Assembly (NCBI GenBank): GCA_964401285.1
Contig: CAYNXY010000001.1
Span: 3,342 to 67,341 of the forward strand
Reading direction: 5' to 3'
Source of the DNA: an uncultured Candidatus Saccharibacteria bacterium
Lineage (GTDB): Bacteria; Patescibacteriota; Minisyncoccia; Minisyncoccales; CAYTKG01
Length of the DNA: 64,000 nt
Part shown: one piece after another, positions 59,384 through 64,000 of the stretch
Layout of the letters: the number at the start of each line of letters is the position of its first letter
Numbering within the stretch: position 1 is the stretch's first letter
The notes under the pieces: model-generated
Seen by the model: the letters and a program-made list of their open reading frames with translations, nothing else
The model's database searches: none
What the model was told of the DNA's origin: nothing
Position numbers and translations under genes: made by a program

Positions 59384-60529
59384 TCAAGAAGTGCTAAAAA
59401 TCTCATCCAGGAAGAATTCCTGCCATTCCCCATTAAAAGTAACAGGAACCTTGTTGCCTGCGGGAAAAAGGATTTTTCTCTCTTGAGGAATATAAATAAA
59501 CCCCTGCACGGTGCCATTATTGGAAACAGAACCGCGGCGCGGACTGAACGTTTTCTCATGGATTTTCATTATTTTTATCGCCTCCTCAGTCGAACTCACT
59601 CCGTCTTTTATTTCTTTTTTAATGTTTTCCCCCCTTTTAAGAGTAGCATTATATTCTTTATGATTTTCATAGTTTTTCACGTACCATTTGTTCTTCATCT
59701 CCTCAGAAACAAAGTGGTTGGTGTTAACCAAAACCCCGTTCATTCTTTCCACAAAATAGTCACCCTGACACATCTCCACAAGAAAAGTATTTTGCCTCTC
59801 GCCGTCTGAGACGAGACAGGCAAAGGGACGGATGGAACTTACTTTTTTCAATGCTTTAAGCCAAATGCGGGAGTTTGAAGCAAGCTTAGTGAGCCCCCAA
59901 GCAATAGAAACAATGGGTGTGTTGTCAAAATCAAACCCCTTGTGGGCCCCGCCTCCGTCATTAACCGCAAAAAGAGTTCCTTTTTTTGTGATAACGGAAT
60001 CTGTTATGAGAAGACCCGGCAAAGAAGGAGCAATAAATTTATTTTGCAACTCATTATTATCATAAACAGCAATAAATCTTCTTTTACTTATAAACTCAGT
60101 TACTTTTTTTTCAAAATAAAGGTCAGTTGTTTTTCCGATTAAAACATTTTCCGTTTTTTTAAACGGTGCAGCAAAAAAGGAACACCCTACAAAAGTGTTC
60201 CTGAAGGCAATGGCTATCTCGTAAATTGAATTAAAAAGCAATACCCATTCCAAAGCTACCCCGCTCCCCTCAGAAATCCCTTTCATTTCTTCTATCTCGT
60301 CAGTAGTGTACTCTTTTTTAAGATTATTCGTCTTTCTAAACACTATCTTCATAAAAAACTTGGCAGAAGCCCACCCCAGTTTGTTCTGAACATAGTGAGT
60401 GATAAAATCCGTTTCGTCCTCTATCTCCTCTCTTAAAAAAGACCCATGAGCAAAACCCCGCTTATACGGATCTTTTTCTCTTAAAAACAAAAAATTTACG
60501 CCTCTTATTTTTTTAAAATCTGATTCCAT
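59384..60529 (-). CDS. Ntn-hydrolase of the peptidase C45 / acyl-CoA:6-aminopenicillanic-acid acyltransferase-like family
   Basis: 381 aa with a candidate autoproteolytic nucleophile in VGCSFFAAP (Gly-Cys-Ser) followed by LIGKTTD. The length and pattern fit the C45/AAT family but are not diagnostic. Confidence 0.35.
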   Translation of the reverse strand: MESDFKKIRGVNFLFLREKDPYKRGFAHGSFLREEIEDETDFITHYVQNKLGWASAKFFMKIVFRKTNNLKKEYTTDEIEEMKGISEGSGVALEWVLLFNSIYEIAIAFRNTFVGCSFFAAPFKKTENVLIGKTTDLYFEKKVTEFISKRRFIAVYDNNELQNKFIAPSLPGLLITDSVITKKGTLFAVNDGGGAHKGFDFDNTPIVSIAWGLTKLASNSRIWLKALKKVSSIRPFACLVSDGERQNTFLVEMCQGDYFVERMNGVLVNTNHFVSEEMKNKWYVKNYENHKEYNATLKRGENIKKEIKDGVSSTEEAIKIMKIHEKTFSPRRGSVSNNGTVQGFIYIPQERKILFPAGNKVPVTFNGEWQEFFLDEIFSTS

Positions 60530-60583
60530 AAACTGGAAAACAATAAAAACATCCTCTTTCTTGCTTTTACCCTAGCACAAAAA

Positions 60584-61366
60584 CTACTTCTTTGTCCTAA
60601 ATTCTTTGATTAATAAGCAGGAAGCAAAAAATAAACCGGCAAAAACAATCATCAAGGGCCCTGCCGGAGCACCGGTAAATTCATAGCTCACTACCCCGCC
60701 CATGCAGGAAAGAGAACCGAAAAGAACACTAAAAAGAATATAAGGGCGAAAGGAGTTGGTAATGTTTCTTGAAGAGGCAGCGGGGATGACAAAAAGCGCA
60801 GCAGTTAAAAGAATACCTAAAAGTTTTACTTCTAAAGAAACCGTTAAAGCAATAAGTAAAAGGTAGAAAAAAGAGATTTTTCTCTCTTTAATACCTTTAC
60901 CTAAGGCAAGCTCTCTTGACAAAGAAAGAAGCACGAGAGGCGCTGATATTTTTCGAAGAGCGGTAAACACCAAAACGGTAAGCCCTGCACTCAAAAGAAG
61001 GTCAACAACCCCCACCCGAGTTATATTCCCCACCACCGCCTCCTCCGCTTGCTCCAAAGGAAGCAAAAGAAACCCCAGCGCGACCCCAACGGCAAAAACC
61101 AATCCAGTTACAGTTTCAATAGGAAGGTCTGTTCTCTGTTCTATCATCCAGATAAGAAGCATTCCGCAAAGAATGGTTAAAAGGGCGCCGATAAAAATAT
61201 TAAAACTAAAACTCAAAGCTAAAGCTACTCCAGGAAGAGCAAGATGACCAAGAGGCCCGCCAATAAGAGACATTCTCTTAGAAACCATAAGGGCGCCCAG
61301 CCCGCCGGCTGTTGCACCTATAAGCCCCGCCGTTATTAAACTAATTACAAATTCCATATATGCCAA
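60584..61366 (-). CDS. Metal (Zn/Mn) ABC transporter permease, ABC-3 family (ZnuB/MntB-like)
   Basis: 8 TM helices and the ABC-3 signature SKRMSLIGGPLGHLALPGVALA. Confidence 0.8.
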   Translation of the reverse strand: MAYMEFVISLITAGLIGATAGGLGALMVSKRMSLIGGPLGHLALPGVALALSFSFNIFIGALLTILCGMLLIWMIEQRTDLPIETVTGLVFAVGVALGFLLLPLEQAEEAVVGNITRVGVVDLLLSAGLTVLVFTALRKISAPLVLLSLSRELALGKGIKERKISFFYLLLIALTVSLEVKLLGILLTAALFVIPAASSRNITNSFRPYILFSVLFGSLSCMGGVVSYEFTGAPAGPLMIVFAGLFFASCLLIKEFRTKK

Positions 61367-61433
61367 CCTGTGGATAAATGTTTAACACCAGGGATTGAAC
61401 ATCCGCTTTAGGTTCATAGAGAGTTGTGTGCAA

Positions 61434-61458
61434 CTGTGCAATACCAGGTGTTGCACAG
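61434..61458. repeat. Dispersed palindromic element, copy 3 (CTGTGCAATACCAGGTGTTGCACAG), preceded by a partial TTGTGTGCAA
   Basis: The 25-bp core is identical to copy 1. It lies between the ABC ATPase stop (61460) and the permease start (61366). Confidence 0.8.
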
Positions 61459-61459
61459 T

Positions 61460-62140
61460 TTAATGTTGGTAGAATTTTAATTTGTGACCGTATATCTCTC
61501 TTAAGTTTTCGGGGGTAAGCATTTCTTTTGGTTTCCCATAACATAATTTTTCTCGAGAGAGGCAGAGCACGTTAGTAGAATAAGCGAAAACAACGTTTAT
61601 CTCGTGGGTTACAAGGATAATTGTTAACTCTCTCTCCTGCCAAAACTTGTAAAGGAGAGAATAAATGGTTTCCCGGCCCCCAACATCAATCCCGCCCATT
61701 GGCTCATCAAAAATAAGTACATCCGGTTCCGGAGCCAGCGCCCACCCGACAAGCATTCTCCTGAATTCTCCGGAAGAAAGACAAGCGGGGTTTCTTTTTA
61801 AAAACTCCGGGGAAAGCCCCACGGAGGTAAGTATCTTTTCCGCCTTTTTAGGGGGGATATCGCCTAAATTAAAAAAATCTTTTACCGTAAGAGGGAAAAG
61901 GGAAAAATTCTCTCTTTTAAGCTGTTCCGGAAGATAACTCAACTCGAGGCCTTCCTCCCAAAAAATTTTACCCTCATAATCCAAAATATTAAGCAGGGCC
62001 TGGAGAAGAGTGCTTTTCCCCGCCCCGTTAGGACCAAGGATAGTTAAAAACTCTCCCTTGTCCACACTAAAAGACAAATCGGTTACCACCTCCTCTCCTC
62101 TTCTTTTAACATTTAAGTTTTTAACTTTTAGGGCCTTCAT
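61460..62140 (-). CDS. Metal ABC transporter ATP-binding protein (ZnuC-like). The start is trimmed to MKALKV, sharing ATGA with the upstream gene.
   Basis: Walker A GPNGAGKST, signature LSSGEFRRM and Walker B LIFDEP. Confidence 0.8.
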   Translation of the reverse strand: MKALKVKNLNVKRRGEEVVTDLSFSVDKGEFLTILGPNGAGKSTLLQALLNILDYEGKIFWEEGLELSYLPEQLKRENFSLFPLTVKDFFNLGDIPPKKAEKILTSVGLSPEFLKRNPACLSSGEFRRMLVGWALAPEPDVLIFDEPMGGIDVGGRETIYSLLYKFWQERELTIILVTHEINVVFAYSTNVLCLSREKLCYGKPKEMLTPENLREIYGHKLKFYQH

Positions 62141-63279
62141 TAAAGACCAATAAGATAAAAGGCGCTTAGACCAAAAAGAATAATGGACTGCACAAGGGTC
62201 ACCCATGTGGTAAACTTCGGAGAACTCATCCAAATATCCATTTTCCACACAGCTACTCCGAATACTATAAGTTCATCAAGCATATAAAACAAAACAAAGA
62301 AAGCGATGTAAAGAATAAAAGCTAGAGAAGGTAAATCCGCCTCCGCTAAAACCCCGGCATAAACCACTGGCACCGCGGCAGAACAGGGAAACTCCACAAC
62401 GGTAAGAACACCGGCAAAAAGCAAAATACTAAAGGCAAGAGCTAAAGGATTAACATTTTCATCAGAAATTGAGTCCTTAACATTCTCCAAAAGGCCCTTA
62501 CCGATCTGGGCACCATTGCTTTCACAAGCCGGTCCGTATTTTCTAAATTTCATAAATTCTTTTAAAAAATAAATGCCGCCGAAGAAAGCAAGAGCTCCTA
62601 TCAAGACCTCCATCGCTCTAAGATAATTGGACAGCAAGGAGAATAAGCGATACCAAAGAACAATCAAAATGCCGTAGATAACAGCTGTTATCAAAACAAA
62701 AAGTCCGCCGTAAATCAAAATCTTACCCCTTGATTTAAGGTTAAGAACCAACCCCAGAATAAGAACGAGCGCCCCCAAAGAACAAACATTAAAGCCATCC
62801 AGAACCCCCATAAGAACAGTAAGGGCCGGCAAAGAATACTTACCAACATCTATCTCACCCACAAAAGGCAGATTAACAGATTCGCGTAAAGAATCAGCAC
62901 ACTCTTCATCGTTTTCCAGCTCACCGTGGGCCGCTTTTCTTATAAGCTCTCCCGTTCCTCCTTCTCCACTGAACCCAATAAAATAATGCTCACCCACAAA
63001 AGTAGCAGGAACTAGCCCCCTTTCCTGCTTTTCAACCCCATGCTCCTCGTAAAAACTAGTTATGAGTTCCTGGCTCTCAGGGTCACTTATAAGATGCCTT
63101 TCAATCTGCAAATAAGCGCATTCTTCTTTAAGTCCGTCCAAGAAACTGGCTTCAGCCGCACAATGAGGACAAGTTTTAGAATAGAAAAAATGGATTACCG
63201 GTTCATTCTGAGCTGACACCGGAAGCGCGATCCCTAAAAAAGTAAGAAATACAAGAAAGAATAGTAATTTATTATCCAT
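62140..63279 (-). CDS. Extracytoplasmic thioredoxin-like domain (CPHC) fused to a CcdA/DsbD-family transmembrane electron-conduit domain
   Basis: Signal peptide and Trx-fold FFYSKTCPHCAAEASFL. The DsbD_2-like TM domain has conserved Cys in FNVCSLGALVL and EFPCSAAVPVVY. Confidence 0.65.
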   Translation of the reverse strand: MDNKLLFFLVFLTFLGIALPVSAQNEPVIHFFYSKTCPHCAAEASFLDGLKEECAYLQIERHLISDPESQELITSFYEEHGVEKQERGLVPATFVGEHYFIGFSGEGGTGELIRKAAHGELENDEECADSLRESVNLPFVGEIDVGKYSLPALTVLMGVLDGFNVCSLGALVLILGLVLNLKSRGKILIYGGLFVLITAVIYGILIVLWYRLFSLLSNYLRAMEVLIGALAFFGGIYFLKEFMKFRKYGPACESNGAQIGKGLLENVKDSISDENVNPLALAFSILLFAGVLTVVEFPCSAAVPVVYAGVLAEADLPSLAFILYIAFFVLFYMLDELIVFGVAVWKMDIWMSSPKFTTWVTLVQSIILFGLSAFYLIGL

Positions 63280-63362
63280 CTAACCTGCAATAATTAAATT
63301 TATAAGATAAAACCAACTGAGGTTTCAACCAATTATAAACGTTTTTCATCAAACTTAAAAAT

Positions 63363-63674
63363 CTAGGATTTAAGAATCTTAATCGCTTTGCCCTCTACTA
63401 AAGCCCTGCTCACCTTCTCGTAGGCAGAAGCAAGAATCCTTTGAAAAGTGCTTTGAGAAGTATCCATCTTCTTTGCCGCCTCAATTTGAGTCAACCCCTC
63501 AATGTTTTTGAGGCGCAACGTTTCCACCTCTTCCTTCGTAAGTTCAACAGCTTCAAGCGACCGAAGAGGTAACCCCCTCGGTTTAAAATAAGTGACTTCC
63601 GGGTCAAATCTAACTCTTCTTTTTTTATTGGGTCTTACCATTTGAAAGTAAAAAATGTCCGTGTTATTATTCAA
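63363..63674 (-). CDS. DUF134 (UPF0251) family predicted DNA-binding protein (sigma-70 region-4-like HTH)
   Basis: RVRFDPEVTYFKPRGLPLRSLEAVELTKEEVETLRLKNIEGLTQIEAAKKMDTSQSTFQRILASAYEKVSRALVEGKAI matches the DUF134 consensus. Confidence 0.7.
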   Translation of the reverse strand: MNNNTDIFYFQMVRPNKKRRVRFDPEVTYFKPRGLPLRSLEAVELTKEEVETLRLKNIEGLTQIEAAKKMDTSQSTFQRILASAYEKVSRALVEGKAIKILKS

Positions 63675-63725
63675 AAAAGGCCTCTCCGGCCCCTCTCTTG
63701 TTGGGGCCGGACCACGGGCCTTTTT

Positions 63726-63959
63726 TTATTCTCCAAGCTCCTTTAGGCGATTTTGCACTGTTTCAAGTTCTTCTTCCAGATATTCTTTTTCTTGAGTTAA
63801 GGCCTCCTTTTCATTCTGGGGAGCACTTCTGAACCCGAAAAACCTTGCAAAACCTCTTCCTCTCCCCCATCTGCGCGATAGACCTCTTCCACAAGGTCCC
63901 ATACCGCGCCCGGTAAGAGATCCTTGACCTAAAGGGCCGGTCCCATCAAATCTAGGCAT
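63726..63959 (-). CDS. DUF5320-like small Gly/Arg-rich protein with a C-terminal coiled coil (usual partner of DUF134)
   Basis: MPRFDGTGPLGQGSLTGRGMGPCGRG...RGRGF, then a KE-rich helix. It lies immediately upstream of, and co-directional with, the DUF134 gene. Confidence 0.55.
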   Translation of the reverse strand: MPRFDGTGPLGQGSLTGRGMGPCGRGLSRRWGRGRGFARFFGFRSAPQNEKEALTQEKEYLEEELETVQNRLKELGE

Positions 63960-64000
63960 GGTAGTAAATCTTAGGTTAAATAACTAATCTCTCGGCCTTT

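Overview
The window is a 64-kb, low-GC, gene-dense bacterial chromosomal segment with almost no intergenic space. Its content looks like a small-genome anaerobe, possibly CPR/Patescibacteria-like: bacterial information-processing genes sit beside archaeal-type metabolic genes.

Reading 5'->3':
- A 5'-truncated giant GH94 cyclic beta-1,2-glucan-synthase-like gene, in frame to the window edge.
- The dnaG-rpoD macromolecular-synthesis pair, plus small membrane and secreted proteins.
- tRNA-Ser(GGA), groESL with a CIRCE-like operator, a holin-like protein, secG and an orphan family-5 substrate-binding protein.
- A cupin PGI-like protein, tRNA-Leu(CAG), RNase J, trpS, a phosphohexomutase, ychF and rpsF-ssb-rpsR.
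- A run of about 24 consecutive minus-strand genes: recA, ftsK, rpoC, rpoB, ppsA, a split ADP-forming acetyl-CoA synthetase, an alpha/beta hydrolase, a prephenate dehydrogenase-dehydratase fusion, gap, glutaredoxin, a DsbA-like protein, archaeal-type apgM, eno, trxB, nnr, galU, ftsZ and dtd.
- An accessory-looking locus at 52.0-60.5 kb: response regulator, multi-TM histidine kinase, LuxI/FeeM-like GNAT N-acyltransferase, SAM methyltransferase, dgkA, a stand-alone cyanophycin-synthetase-like ATP-grasp ligase, an acyl-CoA ligase and a C45 (acyl-CoA:6-APA acyltransferase-like) Ntn-hydrolase.
- An ABC-3 metal permease/ATPase pair with a thioredoxin-CcdA fusion protein, then a DUF134/DUF5320 gene pair.

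No CRISPR array, rRNA gene, transposase or integrase was found.

The most notable sequence-level signals are:
- A dispersed near-perfect 25-29 bp palindrome (CTGTGCAATACC-N-GGTGTTGCACAG) present three times, each between co-directional minus-strand genes.
- A direct/inverted repeat cluster of TTTGTCCTACC between the response regulator and dtd.
- A sigma-70 with an N-terminal RNA polymerase alpha-CTD-like domain.
- The 52-60.5 kb candidate acyl-signal or acylated-metabolite biosynthesis and sensing locus.
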